Positions 50,312-61,091 of a stretch of DNA of 64,000 bases are shown here, piece after piece. The number at the start of each line of letters is the position of its first letter. Position 1 is the stretch's first letter. This DNA comes from an uncultured archaeon. GTDB lineage: Archaea > Asgardarchaeota > Thorarchaeia > Thorarchaeales > Thorarchaeaceae. The notes beneath the pieces are model-generated. The model searched no databases. It had not been told where the DNA came from and was given only the letters and a program-made list of their open reading frames with translations. The position numbers and the translations under genes are program-made. The stretch covers positions 1 to 64,000 of the forward strand of contig CAZSWP010000010.1 of the NCBI GenBank assembly GCA_964610875.1, in the 5' to 3' direction.

Positions 50312-51169
50312 TTATTTCAAAGCTATAATCATATTGAAATCTGATGATATGTACGAATGAGTCAAAGCTCCTGAAGAAATGATATCAATCCCTGCTTCAG
50401 CATAGGGCACAATATTCGACTCATTTATACCACCTGAAGTTTCAAGAAGGATTTTATCTCTCAAGCCTTTCTCAGTTAGAACTTTGTGAACTCCTGCTAC
50501 ATCCTCTGCACGAAAATTATCTAGAAGTATAATATCTGCTCCCACATCTATTGCTTCTAGGGCCTCATTTAGGTTTCTTACCTCGCAAGATATTTTCTTC
50601 GAGAATGAAACGCTTCTCTTCGCGCCTTCAATAGCTTGTCTGACTCCCCCAACCACTGCAATATGATTGTTCTTGATCAAAACCATATCATCCAGAGCGT
50701 AACGATGCGAATCACCACCTCCAACAACCACTGCTCGTTTCTCAAAGTACCGAAATCCCGGTGTTGTTTTTCTAGTAGCTGCAACAATCACTTTCTTACC
50801 CGCTTTTTTTGTAGCTTCTACCATTCTATAAGCCATTGTAGCAATTCCACTCATTCGCATGACGATGTTAAGACACACGCGTTCAATCATGAGTAGTGAC
50901 TTGGCAGGTCCTTTTAGTCTGATAATGGCATCACCTGGATTCACCCAATTTCCTTCAAAGGTAAGAACTTCATATTTGATGCCAGAAAAACCTGCAATAG
51001 CCACGACTTCCTCAAGTCCTGCAAGTATCGCTTTACTCTTCGCATATATTGTACCAACTCCATCTGCATCAAAAGGCTCGATTGAATTGGTTGTTATATC
51101 TCCAGAACGAATATCTTCTCTTAGAAAGGCTCGTAGATTTCTAATTATCTCCGGGGGTGGTTGATTCAT
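50312..51169 (-). CDS. nadC: Nicotinate-nucleotide pyrophosphorylase (QPRTase)
   Basis: GDITT, TRKTTPG, HR..L.D.VLIK.NH, LLDN, SGGI, GALTHS. Confidence 0.93.
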   Translation of the reverse strand: MNQPPPEIIRNLRAFLREDIRSGDITTNSIEPFDADGVGTIYAKSKAILAGLEEVVAIAGFSGIKYEVLTFEGNWVNPGDAIIRLKGPAKSLLMIERVCLNIVMRMSGIATMAYRMVEATKKAGKKVIVAATRKTTPGFRYFEKRAVVVGGGDSHRYALDDMVLIKNNHIAVVGGVRQAIEGAKRSVSFSKKISCEVRNLNEALEAIDVGADIILLDNFRAEDVAGVHKVLTEKGLRDKILLETSGGINESNIVPYAEAGIDIISSGALTHSYISSDFNMIIALK

Positions 51170-51174
51170 ATTAG

Positions 51175-51813
51175 CTACCTCCCTTGGGCTCTTTCATGTT
51201 TTGGATTTCGTATAATAGTTCCCCGCGGCTCTTCCTCACCAAAGATTTCCGCTTGAAATACCATAAATTCTGTTTTTTTGTCCATCCATGCTCCTTTTGG
51301 AAGACCTGCTTTATTACAGGTGTGCTCTAAGTACTCTTTAGTGTCCCAACCCCATTCCACTGGCACTTGTGGTAGCAGCAACCCACGAAACATACCTCTA
51401 CTTGCTATGAGACCATCCCTTCCCACTTCCACTAGATTGAGGAGTTCTTCTGGCTGTTCGTATACTAGCTCTTGTGGTGGAGTAAGGACACTAAGTTCTA
51501 TGACAATGGAGTCTAACTCATCTTTTGTCACAGGTCTAAATCGAGGATCATTGACCGCGGAGTCAAGTGCTGAATCAATTGTTGCCTTGACAAGAGGTTG
51601 GGTTGGATACGGCCTACCAATACAGCCTCTCAATGCTTTACGTTCTTTCTGTAATGCGTTTATGGTCACGAAAACACCTGATTCTCTCCAAAGATGATCC
51701 GGTGTGTCCTTAGGAGGATTAGGTTTTCTCTCATCCTGAACATATCTATCAACAGTCTTCCTTGCAATAGTCACGAGGAATTTTCCATCATCATCGGAGT
51801 AGATATTATTCAA
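51175..51813 (-). CDS. AMMECR1 domain protein
   Basis: GVFVT, LRGCIG, DPRF, SVLT, GLLLPQV. Confidence 0.92.
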   Translation of the reverse strand: MNNIYSDDDGKFLVTIARKTVDRYVQDERKPNPPKDTPDHLWRESGVFVTINALQKERKALRGCIGRPYPTQPLVKATIDSALDSAVNDPRFRPVTKDELDSIVIELSVLTPPQELVYEQPEELLNLVEVGRDGLIASRGMFRGLLLPQVPVEWGWDTKEYLEHTCNKAGLPKGAWMDKKTEFMVFQAEIFGEEEPRGTIIRNPKHERAQGR

Positions 51814-51847
51814 GGCTTATCACAGACTGCTATATTCTTGAGAACGG

Positions 51848-53176
51848 TTATGTGTTTCGGAGTCGTGACTGGGAACGCAATGGAACTGCTCCAACTATCC
51901 CTGGTCCTATTACAAATCTCCCCTCATTGAAGACAATGTTTCCTCCAACAATGGTCACTTCTGGTCTTGCAAGCACACGCCATCCTTCAAATGGTGTGAT
52001 TTTACTTTTTGAGAAAAAGTCATTTCCTTTGATGTTCCATTCTTCTTTAGCAACAACAATGATGTCCGCATCATAGCCTGGACTAAGAACTCCTTTTCCA
52101 GATAGTCCAAATATCCTAGCTGGACCTGATGAACACACACGAAGATACTCTACCCAAGAGAGTCGACCTTCAAACACCTCTGTTAAAATGAGTGGCACTG
52201 TGGTTTCCAGACCAGGGATACCTGGTTTTGCATCTAAAAATTGGGCTGTCTTCTCATTCTCTTTGTGTGGTGCATGGTCAGATGCAATAATATCAATTCC
52301 ACAACAACTAAGAAACTCTCGTAATCCCGCATTATCTTTTTTCGTACGGAGTGGAGGTAACATCTTTGCTCTACCATCTGATACTAAGAAATCATCTCCA
52401 GACAGTAACAGATGATGAGGAGTAACTTCCGCTGTCAATCTGTCTTCTGCTCTGTTGTCTGATATTAATTTGGCAGCATCAGAACAACTCACATGACATA
52501 TATGGAGACGACCATCAATATCGGACTGAGCTTGAAGGAACATACGTATAGCTGCTATCTCATTATCACAACTATATCTCTCAAGATACTCGTCTATCCC
52601 CTTCAAATCATGTTCATCATGTGGAATATCTGGATGTATGAGCAGTGGTCGGTCGAATCTCTTAGATAGCTTCGCACATTCCAAAGCCCTCTCTTTTGTA
52701 ATCTCTGTTTCTGAATCCAATGGGGCATGAGGATACACCTTGAACCCCATGACCTGTCCTGCAAATGAAGAATCATATTCGCTTACATCTTTCGGAATCC
52801 CTGCATGGAATCCCACGTTTACAAAACGACTAAGCCGGGCTCGTACAATTTTTTCCTCTAGCACATCTGCATTCAGTAAAGGTGGTGATGAGTTTGGCAT
52901 ATCTATTACAGTAGTAACACCACCAACTGCTGCAGCCTTTGTGCCAGTTTCAAAATCTTCCTTTTCTGATTGTTTCATATCGCGAAGATGGACATGTACA
53001 TCTATAGCGCCAGGAAGTATGTATCTCCCACTGCAGTCAATGACATCCTTAGAATCAGGTTCATTTCCTACCTCATAAATTCCTTCAATACTTCCTCCTC
53101 GTATAGACACTGACCTTTGTGTTTCCTTACCATTGAGGATTACAATACCATTACGCAAAGTGATATCTACTGACAT
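51848..53176 (-). CDS. pyrC: Dihydroorotase family amidohydrolase
   Basis: PGAIDVHVHLR, GGVTT..DMPN, EVTPHHL, PPLR, SDHAPH. Confidence 0.8.
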   Translation of the reverse strand: MSVDITLRNGIVILNGKETQRSVSIRGGSIEGIYEVGNEPDSKDVIDCSGRYILPGAIDVHVHLRDMKQSEKEDFETGTKAAAVGGVTTVIDMPNSSPPLLNADVLEEKIVRARLSRFVNVGFHAGIPKDVSEYDSSFAGQVMGFKVYPHAPLDSETEITKERALECAKLSKRFDRPLLIHPDIPHDEHDLKGIDEYLERYSCDNEIAAIRMFLQAQSDIDGRLHICHVSCSDAAKLISDNRAEDRLTAEVTPHHLLLSGDDFLVSDGRAKMLPPLRTKKDNAGLREFLSCCGIDIIASDHAPHKENEKTAQFLDAKPGIPGLETTVPLILTEVFEGRLSWVEYLRVCSSGPARIFGLSGKGVLSPGYDADIIVVAKEEWNIKGNDFFSKSKITPFEGWRVLARPEVTIVGGNIVFNEGRFVIGPGIVGAVPLRSQSRLRNT

Positions 53177-53225
53177 CTGTAATCATCGCCGTCCTGTTGT
53201 AGGAGGGAAGAGGTGGTATGATTAT

Positions 53226-54056
53226 TTAGTCGCTCTCTGGAACCTTAAACTTGTTGGCTATAAAACGAGTTATGTCAGTTGAGGTGATGATGCCAATTAA
53301 CTTGTTACCTTCCCCAACTACTGGTATTGTATTGATGCTGTTTTCTAGCATCATCTCCGCTGCCTTGGATATACTGCTACCTATTTCTATCAATGGGGGC
53401 TGCTGCAACATTGCATCAACGACACGGATTTTTTTGACCTGGTTTGCCCTATGTTTATCGGGCACTTCTACTGTGAACCGTGCCATTGCTTCAGCAACCA
53501 TTCTCTCAGTCAAGAGACCTAGGACTCGTGCTCCGTCAGTTACTGGTATACCTGATATTCCTCTGTTTAGCAATTCCAGACGAGCTTTAATGAGTCGATC
53601 TACTGGGTTCACAATTAGTATTCCATCAGTGGTCATCAAATCATCGACTTTAATCTCTTCAAATTTCCGTACCAATTCAATGAGCTGTGTCTTTGTTATC
53701 ATGCCGACCAATTTGTCTTCTTCGTCAATGACGGGACATCCACTCATCTCACGTTCAAGCATCAATTGTGCCACATTTATTACATCATCATCCTGTGATA
53801 CTGAAATGACTGTATCACTCATCGCACTTGAAACATGTAGGCGCGAGATTGAGATAGCTACAACTTTACTAACACCCAATCGATCAGCGATATCTGCATA
53901 AGTCAAAATCCCTTGGATTTCATCATCTTGCATGACAATCAGTCTGTCTGTCTTCTTTTTCTCAAGTAGGTCAAGTGCATAGGACAATCTTTGGTCCTTG
54001 TCAATAGTCACAGCCTCAACCATAATCTGTTTGACTTCCAATTCATGAGCCTCCAA
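53226..54056 (-). CDS. Tandem CBS-domain protein
   Basis: Four CBS repeats (PV.D...LVG.IT..D). Confidence 0.85.
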   Translation of the reverse strand: MEAHELEVKQIMVEAVTIDKDQRLSYALDLLEKKKTDRLIVMQDDEIQGILTYADIADRLGVSKVVAISISRLHVSSAMSDTVISVSQDDDVINVAQLMLEREMSGCPVIDEEDKLVGMITKTQLIELVRKFEEIKVDDLMTTDGILIVNPVDRLIKARLELLNRGISGIPVTDGARVLGLLTERMVAEAMARFTVEVPDKHRANQVKKIRVVDAMLQQPPLIEIGSSISKAAEMMLENSINTIPVVGEGNKLIGIITSTDITRFIANKFKVPESD

Positions 54057-54106
54057 TCAACAATGTCGATAATGTATTATCTGTGGTTTTTTATATTCAC
54101 CAGCTA

Positions 54107-54667
54107 CTATCTACACTCTTCGCAGAGATATCTCCCATCTTCAAAGATGAGTTCTGTTGAGTATTCTCCACAACTATCGCAGATTCCTCCCATCTCAAGA
54201 AGCTCATCTTCTTCTTCACGAGGCATTTCATCTCGTTCATCGCGAAGTCTTAGTGACTCAACTAATACATCAATAAGTTCTGGTGACCATCGCAATATGT
54301 CTCTTGAAGTAACAATTCCAACTAGTGAATCGTTTTTTAGTACAACTACCCGACGGATGTTACTCTTTGCCATGATTCGCATAGCATCGGTTAGAGGTGT
54401 GTTCGGAGTAACGTGAAAGAGAGGTGAACTCATAACCTCACGAACGCTCGTACTTTCTGAATCGCGTTTCTCTGCAATTACTCGTCGGACAATATCTGCT
54501 TCTGTGATAATACCTACCGGACGTTCTCCATCTACAATGACAATAGAACCTAGATCCATTTCGCTCATTAATTTAGCAACCTGAAGTATTGAAGCATCAG
54601 GTGCCATTGTTATGACATTGACTGCCATGATGTCTTTGATGGCCATCGAATGAGTGTGATTTGACAT
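54107..54667 (-). CDS. CBS-domain protein with C-terminal Zn ribbon
   Basis: Two CBS repeats; GICDSCG...LCEECR. Confidence 0.85.
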   Translation of the reverse strand: MSNHTHSMAIKDIMAVNVITMAPDASILQVAKLMSEMDLGSIVIVDGERPVGIITEADIVRRVIAEKRDSESTSVREVMSSPLFHVTPNTPLTDAMRIMAKSNIRRVVVLKNDSLVGIVTSRDILRWSPELIDVLVESLRLRDERDEMPREEEDELLEMGGICDSCGEYSTELIFEDGRYLCEECR

Positions 54668-54744
54668 TAGAACGACCTCTACCCCAAATAGCTGGTCTGA
54701 TGTTCTTCACTTTCTAGGTTAGTTCTTAAATGTGTCTGTAGCAC

Positions 54745-56766
54745 TCAATCATCTAGCAGCTGTCCATTCCCAGGGGGTAGTACTCTCATTAGTTCTTCCT
54801 GTGTGATATTTGCGACCATTTGAGCTTTCTCGTCAGAAAGCTTTGATTTCAAACGAACCATAATCTCCTTTATCAAGTCACCTTTCTTTTCATTCCCTGG
54901 ACCCACTCTGACAAAAGATTCACAGTGCTTCTCTATTGCAGGTAAAGGTCCAGACATCGGAATTGCATAATCCTCATCAAAAAACACACCTACTGCTAAC
55001 TCTACGGGTTGGTTTCTGATGTAATTCTTTGTACCATACAACATCACTGCACCTGAAGGAAGATATTCTCCCGAAGGTGGAGTGAAACTCACCTGTTCTG
55101 GATTCAACCAGAAGGCATCACCACTGGTGAATCCGTCTTGCCACGCTCGAGAAAATGTCACTGCAAATTGAGCAGCCTCTTCAAGTGTTGTTTCTCCTGG
55201 TTCAGTATCAGGCACCTTCACAATCACATATGGTGCTCCATGAATTGATGCGTGTAAGAAGACATCATTTGCATTCATGTGCCTCTTTGCCAAGCGCTCA
55301 TTAGTTCGTGCGTCCCTCCCACCCAGAATTAAATAACCCTCAGATGATTTGAACCATCTATACTTCTCGTACCATTTTTTCTTGCGAATTCTTACTGGTT
55401 CTATTGTTGTTTCAGGCTCAACATAGCTCTCTTCAAGACTTTCCAATTTTGTTTTTGTCTTTTCAATTTGTGTCTTAGCGCCTTTGATTTTACTACGAGA
55501 TTTCTTTGACTGTTCATAGGCCTTTGCAGCGTTATCTTGTGCACTGAGTCTGATATCTAATCCTACATCAACATCGCCTAGTTGAATCACTATCTCTGCT
55601 TGTGAGGGCAAAATGCTTTGAATCATCATGGCTGATTCATTACCCTCTTTTTTGCCTTCTTCAATCCGTTTCATAATCTCGGACCATGATCGTCCGTTTG
55701 TTCTTGCAGCGGTAACAGTATCCAGTACTTCCTGAACAGTCTGAAAATGGGAATAAATCAAATCTCCTTTCTTCTGCATCTCTTCAGCTTTTCTCTCAAG
55801 TCTATCAATACTCTCCCGTTGTTTGTCAACAATTCTCTGGAGACGTTCTCGCTCTTTCTCAAAACCGCTCTTTTCTTTTTGTTCTTCAAGCTCTCTCTCA
55901 GGAACACCATAGTATTCATCTATTGCTCTACTAAACGTATCAAATTCCTCGGACTCAAATTCATTGTAGAGTGCAAAATCAAAGGGAACGAATGCAACCT
56001 TTTCCTCCTCTTGCTCATCACTCTCTTCCAAGATGATTAATGGCTCTTTTACTCCTCTCCGCAGTCGTGATATGAACTCCTTTACTCCCATATCCAAATC
56101 TGCAATTACTTGATCATCCAATTCGGATGCTTTCAATGTGGGGTTTATACCTGCTAGTTTACAAATCTCCTCACAACTGATAGCATCAAGATTCAATCTA
56201 GAAGCAAGAGTTCTTACTACATTTGCTTTCGAATCGTCCATTATAGATTTGACCGAGATAGCATCCTCGGAGAGTATGTCTTTACCTCTTGGGGGTGGAA
56301 ATTCATACTCTGCCTTTGGAACAATGTCACGGTCTCTCATCTTCTTATAGTGCTTGGCGACAAAAATACTGTCATCTGGATTTAGTAATAGCAAATTACC
56401 ACTGCCGAATAGTTCTGCTACAAGCTTATGGGACTCGTTTTCATCCCCCACCTCAAATACTATGATACGATCAAAATCATGTTGATGCACACTTAGAATA
56501 CGTCTATCACGAATATATTTTCTCAAGACAGAACAAAACTTGGGTGGCATTCTTGGTGGGACTCGACGAAAATCAGTAAGGTGCACTCTACGTCCCGGTT
56601 CTATCAGAAGCTGTGTTGTCCCTCCTGATGGTTGGTACAGTTTTAAAACAAAGACATTTCCAAATTGATACACGTTCTTGATGAATGCTCCTTCACCAGC
56701 TTCTCTGATTTCAGGTAGTATCAAGCGTATGTCGATGTTGCTCATTGAGTCCTTCATTTCACTCAT
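54745..56766 (-). CDS. rqcH: Ribosome quality-control factor NEMF/Rqc2/RqcH
   Basis: FDRI, ELFG.GN, WYEKYRWF, GGRDA..NE, HA...GAP, GEYLPSGA. Confidence 0.9.
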   Translation of the reverse strand: MSEMKDSMSNIDIRLILPEIREAGEGAFIKNVYQFGNVFVLKLYQPSGGTTQLLIEPGRRVHLTDFRRVPPRMPPKFCSVLRKYIRDRRILSVHQHDFDRIIVFEVGDENESHKLVAELFGSGNLLLLNPDDSIFVAKHYKKMRDRDIVPKAEYEFPPPRGKDILSEDAISVKSIMDDSKANVVRTLASRLNLDAISCEEICKLAGINPTLKASELDDQVIADLDMGVKEFISRLRRGVKEPLIILEESDEQEEEKVAFVPFDFALYNEFESEEFDTFSRAIDEYYGVPERELEEQKEKSGFEKERERLQRIVDKQRESIDRLERKAEEMQKKGDLIYSHFQTVQEVLDTVTAARTNGRSWSEIMKRIEEGKKEGNESAMMIQSILPSQAEIVIQLGDVDVGLDIRLSAQDNAAKAYEQSKKSRSKIKGAKTQIEKTKTKLESLEESYVEPETTIEPVRIRKKKWYEKYRWFKSSEGYLILGGRDARTNERLAKRHMNANDVFLHASIHGAPYVIVKVPDTEPGETTLEEAAQFAVTFSRAWQDGFTSGDAFWLNPEQVSFTPPSGEYLPSGAVMLYGTKNYIRNQPVELAVGVFFDEDYAIPMSGPLPAIEKHCESFVRVGPGNEKKGDLIKEIMVRLKSKLSDEKAQMVANITQEELMRVLPPGNGQLLDD

Positions 56767-56832
56767 ATCGGGTAACCGAGCGTTTTATAACATGTCGTTT
56801 GACGAATTGCAATAATACTCAGGTGGTTATCG

Positions 56833-57210
56833 ATGCAAGTTACACGAAATATAGTCCAACGACTGTTTTCCAGATGGGAGGATAGTCCCAATGACCAGCA
56901 GTATTATGTAAAGATGCTATTCGCAATTCTAAGCGCTATCGTGTGTGGCGTTGCTGGCCCAGCTTTTGCAGGACTCCGTGGCTTGCTTTTTGGCACACTT
57001 GTTTATATTCTGAGTCTTTATGTTGTTGTATATATTCTTGAGATAGATCCAGAAGAGCTTGGTGGTCGTCAGAAGCTGATTACCGGAACTCTACCTTCTT
57101 ATCTATTGCTTTGGGTACTTCTTTGGACAGTACTTTATGCGTTCACTCTTCCTCCTGAAATCATTGAGAATCTCAGATTTGTGACGGATGCTATACATAT
57201 GGGATTGTGA
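56833..57210 (+). CDS. EMC6/RAB5IF-like three-TM protein
   Basis: YY.K...AILS..VCG...G..G, G..SY.L.WVL.WT.LY pattern. Confidence 0.55.
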   Translation: MQVTRNIVQRLFSRWEDSPNDQQYYVKMLFAILSAIVCGVAGPAFAGLRGLLFGTLVYILSLYVVVYILEIDPEELGGRQKLITGTLPSYLLLWVLLWTVLYAFTLPPEIIENLRFVTDAIHMGL

Positions 57211-57364
57211 AATTCTCAGGAAATTCAAGATATTGGAGTCTAATTGCCAAAAATATCATTCCTCTCTCAGGTAGCAAATCTAATATCGGCAAATATCGCA
57301 ACAATATAAAATGAACTTGCGAATCACGCAATCCTTAATAAACAAAACTCTCTACTATCAAGTC

Positions 57365-57847
57365 ATGTCTGAGGAACTTGATAAACTAGACCAACAGATT
57401 CTTGGGATTTTACAAAAGGATGCAAGAGCCGCATTTACCAAAATTGCTCAGGAATTAGACCAACCTGATACAACAATCCATTTCCGAACAAAGCGATTAC
57501 AAGAGAGGAACGTTATCAATAGGTTCAGCGCCTTAGTGAGACCGGAAGCCTTGGGCTATAATACTGCAGCCATATTTAGGATAGAAATTGGTGGACATAT
57601 CCTTCCTGACATAAGTAAAGAACGTACTCGTACTTTTGCTGAAGAGCTTTCAAAACAAGAAGAGTATCTTTGGATTGCAATAGATGAAGAACCAATGATT
57701 GTACATGCTTTAGTGATGGGTACTGGTTCCGAGGATATAGATATCAGGCGCGAAGCACTGACTGATTCCCCTGATGTTAAGAATGTGATAATCATTCCCA
57801 TTAGCAAACTAGTGAAAGGTTGGGAAATCAGCGGAAACCCAGAATGA
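57365..57847 (+). CDS. Lrp/AsnC family regulator
   Basis: LDKLD.QIL..LQ.DAR..F..IA..L....TT...R..RL. Confidence 0.88.
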   Translation: MSEELDKLDQQILGILQKDARAAFTKIAQELDQPDTTIHFRTKRLQERNVINRFSALVRPEALGYNTAAIFRIEIGGHILPDISKERTRTFAEELSKQEEYLWIAIDEEPMIVHALVMGTGSEDIDIRREALTDSPDVKNVIIIPISKLVKGWEISGNPE

Positions 57848-58569
57848 GAGTTGACACCCCAATGACGAAAATCAAAACAGGAATACCCGGGTTCGACGAA
57901 TTAGTTGAAGGTGGGTTTGTACCCGGATCAACAATCCTGCTCTCTGGCCAAGCTGGAACTGGAAAGAGTATATTTGGACTACAATTTCTCTACGAGGGTG
58001 CAAACACCTACAATGAGCCCGGTATTCTAATTACACTTGAAACAAGACCCAATCAAATTCACAAAGAAGCAGAACAATTTGGATGGAATCTAGTAGATTT
58101 GGTGAAAGATGGCAAATTTGTAATCATAGATGCAGCTTCTAGCAAAGCTGGTCTACCCACCTCTGAAAAATATGCGTTGAGAAGAGGTTTTGATATGACC
58201 CAGCTAGCTGAAATAATATACAAAGCTGTAGATGAATATAGAGTTCGACGGCTTGTATTAGATTGCATCTCTGGTCTTACACTCAGATTCAGTGAACCCG
58301 GTTCTGTTCGACAAGAATTGCATAGGATTTCCTCTCTTCTAAATGAGCTCGGGGTCACCTCCATATTCATCAGTGAAATCAATGATCCAGATGCACATAG
58401 TCGCATAGGCGAAGAGGAGTTTGTAGCTCACGGACTTATCCTCCTTAAACTCAAGGAAACAAGTAATGAACTTCAGAGAGGCCTCCTCATCTGGAAGATG
58501 CGTCAAAGAGCACATAGCATGAAGCGTCACAAGTTCAGCATCGGGTCAAAAGGAATTGTAGTAGACTGA
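57844..58569 (+). CDS. KaiC/RAD55-like RecA-superfamily ATPase
   Basis: KTGIPGFDEL..GG, GQAGTGKS, RLVLD, KMR..H. Confidence 0.88.
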   Translation: MRVDTPMTKIKTGIPGFDELVEGGFVPGSTILLSGQAGTGKSIFGLQFLYEGANTYNEPGILITLETRPNQIHKEAEQFGWNLVDLVKDGKFVIIDAASSKAGLPTSEKYALRRGFDMTQLAEIIYKAVDEYRVRRLVLDCISGLTLRFSEPGSVRQELHRISSLLNELGVTSIFISEINDPDAHSRIGEEEFVAHGLILLKLKETSNELQRGLLIWKMRQRAHSMKRHKFSIGSKGIVVD

Positions 58570-58585
58570 ATCCTGACGAAAGATA

Positions 58586-59080
58586 TCATAGAAATGCTAG
58601 AAGTTGAAGGAGTATATATCCCAGCATAAGGAATGGAATCAATGGTGTTATTTTGGAATCTCTTTCTCTTTGGCTCTGTGCAATAGTTGAGTAAATGTAA
58701 CCTCCAAGCAACATCACAAAAATTGGAAATAACACTCCTAGAACCCCCTCCAGAATGACCATTTCCCATGATGAGAATTCAATTCCAGGACTTGTGATAG
58801 TAATGACTACCAGTGACTTTGCATCAGCTCCTCCTATGGACTCCATTTTGAACAAAAATATCACTAAAGGTACTACGATGAAAACTGCGGTGACATGAAC
58901 ATACAGATACTCAACCAGATGGCCTGAAACCACTATGACCATAAATCCAATAATTCCTGCTGCAATTACGAATGCATTCTCAATCCTTCGTTGTCTGAGG
59001 TCTAGAACGGAAAAAATTCCAAGAATAAAAATACCCGTCAGAAAACAGGCTATATTTGAAATTGTGACCTCAAAGACCAT
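58586..59080 (-). CDS. Prepilin peptidase (A24)-like
   Basis: S.LDLR.RRI.N, IGGADAK, PLIPF. Confidence 0.8.
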   Translation of the reverse strand: MVFEVTISNIACFLTGIFILGIFSVLDLRQRRIENAFVIAAGIIGFMVIVVSGHLVEYLYVHVTAVFIVVPLVIFLFKMESIGGADAKSLVVITITSPGIEFSSWEMVILEGVLGVLFPIFVMLLGGYIYSTIAQSQRERDSKITPLIPFLMLGYILLQLLAFL

Positions 59081-59225
59081 CTGAATTCCTCAGTCTATTT
59101 CTGTATACACTATCGTATATACTCATTCTATTTTGTCCAAGAGTAACACAGATTAAGCACCGATTAGCCACTCTGTTTCTTGTGGGACAGTAGTTCCGTA
59201 TGACCAAGTGGAAGAAGATGGTATA

Positions 59226-60113
59226 ATGAAGGACCCTATGCAAGTCATTCACAACACAACCTATAGGCTTTTGAAAATGGCAGCAACAAAATTGCCTGCT
59301 GATATTGAGAAGGCTTTGAGGGATGCGCACAAGCACGAAACCGATGAAACTGCGAAGACGCAGTTAGGAGCAATTATCGAAAACATAGAGATAGCTGAAA
59401 CTGGCATTCCCATGTGCCAAGATACAGGTATAATGATCTTTTACGTGAAGGTCGGTGATAAGTTCCCCTTCATTGGTGAAATAGAAGCCGGTATCAAAGG
59501 TGGTACAATTAAGGCTACAAAAGAGGTACCTCTGCGTCCAAACGCAGTGAATCCTATTATAGGTGGCAACTCTGGCGATAACACAGGCAAGAAGATACCA
59601 TGGATAAACTGGGAGATAGTTCCTGGTGATTCATTGGAAATCACAGCATTTCCAAAGGGCGGTGGGAGTGAAAATGTTTCCATCGTTGGAATGTTGAAAC
59701 CAGGTGTTGGCCTAACTGGAGTGAAGAAACTCGTTGTTGATAACGCTATGAACTACATGGGAAAGGCATGTGCTCCAAACATCATAGGTATTGGCATTGG
59801 CGGTGGTGCTGACATTGCTATTAAGATTGCCAAACAACAGCTCCAACGTCCATTGGATGATTCACATCCAGAACCAGAAGTGGCTGAAATTGAGAACCAG
59901 ATTATGGAGGCAATCAATTCCTCAGGAATTGGCCCCATGGGTCTTGGTGGAGCAATCACAGTACTAGGTGTGAAAGTAGACTACGCAATGCGCCATCCTG
60001 CAAGTCTGCCTGTTGGTGTAGCAGTGCAATGCTGGGCAGCAAGGAAGAGTACTGCGGTGATATCTAAAGACCTCGATGTTGAATACATTACACATCCGCT
60101 GGAGGCGAAATAA
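59226..60113 (+). CDS. Class I fumarate hydratase, alpha subunit
   Basis: PMCQDTG, PLRPN, KGGGSEN, ACAP..IG.GIGG, GIGPMGLGG, RHPAS, QCWA.R. Confidence 0.9.
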   Translation: MKDPMQVIHNTTYRLLKMAATKLPADIEKALRDAHKHETDETAKTQLGAIIENIEIAETGIPMCQDTGIMIFYVKVGDKFPFIGEIEAGIKGGTIKATKEVPLRPNAVNPIIGGNSGDNTGKKIPWINWEIVPGDSLEITAFPKGGGSENVSIVGMLKPGVGLTGVKKLVVDNAMNYMGKACAPNIIGIGIGGGADIAIKIAKQQLQRPLDDSHPEPEVAEIENQIMEAINSSGIGPMGLGGAITVLGVKVDYAMRHPASLPVGVAVQCWAARKSTAVISKDLDVEYITHPLEAK

Positions 60114-60114
60114 T

Positions 60115-60723
60115 ATGGCTGAATATCATTTTACTACTCCCATCTCTGAAGAAGATGCTAGAAAACTGAAAGCTGGTGATATTGTCTATGTCACCGGTGA
60201 ACATGTCTACACAGCACGTGATGAGGCTCATGAACGTGCACTTGAGATGTTCGAAAATGGTGAAACGCCCCCCGTTGATTTCGAAGGTAGTGTTATCTAC
60301 CACGTAGGTCCTGTTGCTTGGCAGAAAGATGGAAAATGGGTAATTGTTTCTGCAGGCCCAACTACTAGTATTCGTATGGAACTTTTTGAAGACGACTTTC
60401 TCCGCAAATACAAAGCACGTATCATTATTGGAAAAGGCGGCATGGGTGCAAAGACTTTGAAGGCACTGGGAGAAGTGGGTGCTGTCTATTGCAGCTTTAC
60501 TGGTGGCTGTGGCGCACTCGCTGCAAAGGGACTCAAAGAAGTGAGAGCCTATGAATGGCAAGACCTTGGGATGCCTGAAGCACTCTGGGTCATCACAGCT
60601 GAGAAATTCGGTCCGCTCTTAGTTACTATGGACTCTCATGGAAACAGTATCCATGATGATATGGACAAGAAAGTGGCTGAGAAGAAAGCAGAGATCTATA
60701 CGAAAATAGGAGTGAAGGAGTAA
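60115..60723 (+). CDS. Class I fumarate hydratase, beta subunit
   Basis: TARD.AH, GPTTSIRM, IGKGGM, LGMPEALW, FGPL.V..DSHG. Confidence 0.9.
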   Translation: MAEYHFTTPISEEDARKLKAGDIVYVTGEHVYTARDEAHERALEMFENGETPPVDFEGSVIYHVGPVAWQKDGKWVIVSAGPTTSIRMELFEDDFLRKYKARIIIGKGGMGAKTLKALGEVGAVYCSFTGGCGALAAKGLKEVRAYEWQDLGMPEALWVITAEKFGPLLVTMDSHGNSIHDDMDKKVAEKKAEIYTKIGVKE

Positions 60724-61091
60724 TCTAATACAATCTGGCGGCGGACAAATCCGTCTGCCCCTCTCATTTCTAGTAGTTACTCTTCTATTACCCGCCAAGT
60801 GCTGACAATATTGGTACTGATATTCCATATGCCGCTACTATCAAAAGCACCAACACAGCAAATACCATGATTGCTTGTTCAATATCCATATGTACTACTC
60901 CCGACAATGTCCAATCCACATAAAGTCGACATATTAGCATATTCCCGAGATAATATAATCATTTTCTCTACAGCATTCACATCGCGCGAAATCATCAATC
61001 ACTCTTGGTGTTTTAGTCGAACAGTAACTCTTAAACGGTGTATTTTGTGCGGGGGACTTGTCTGAGACAAAACTCCCTTGGAGGAAAACCG

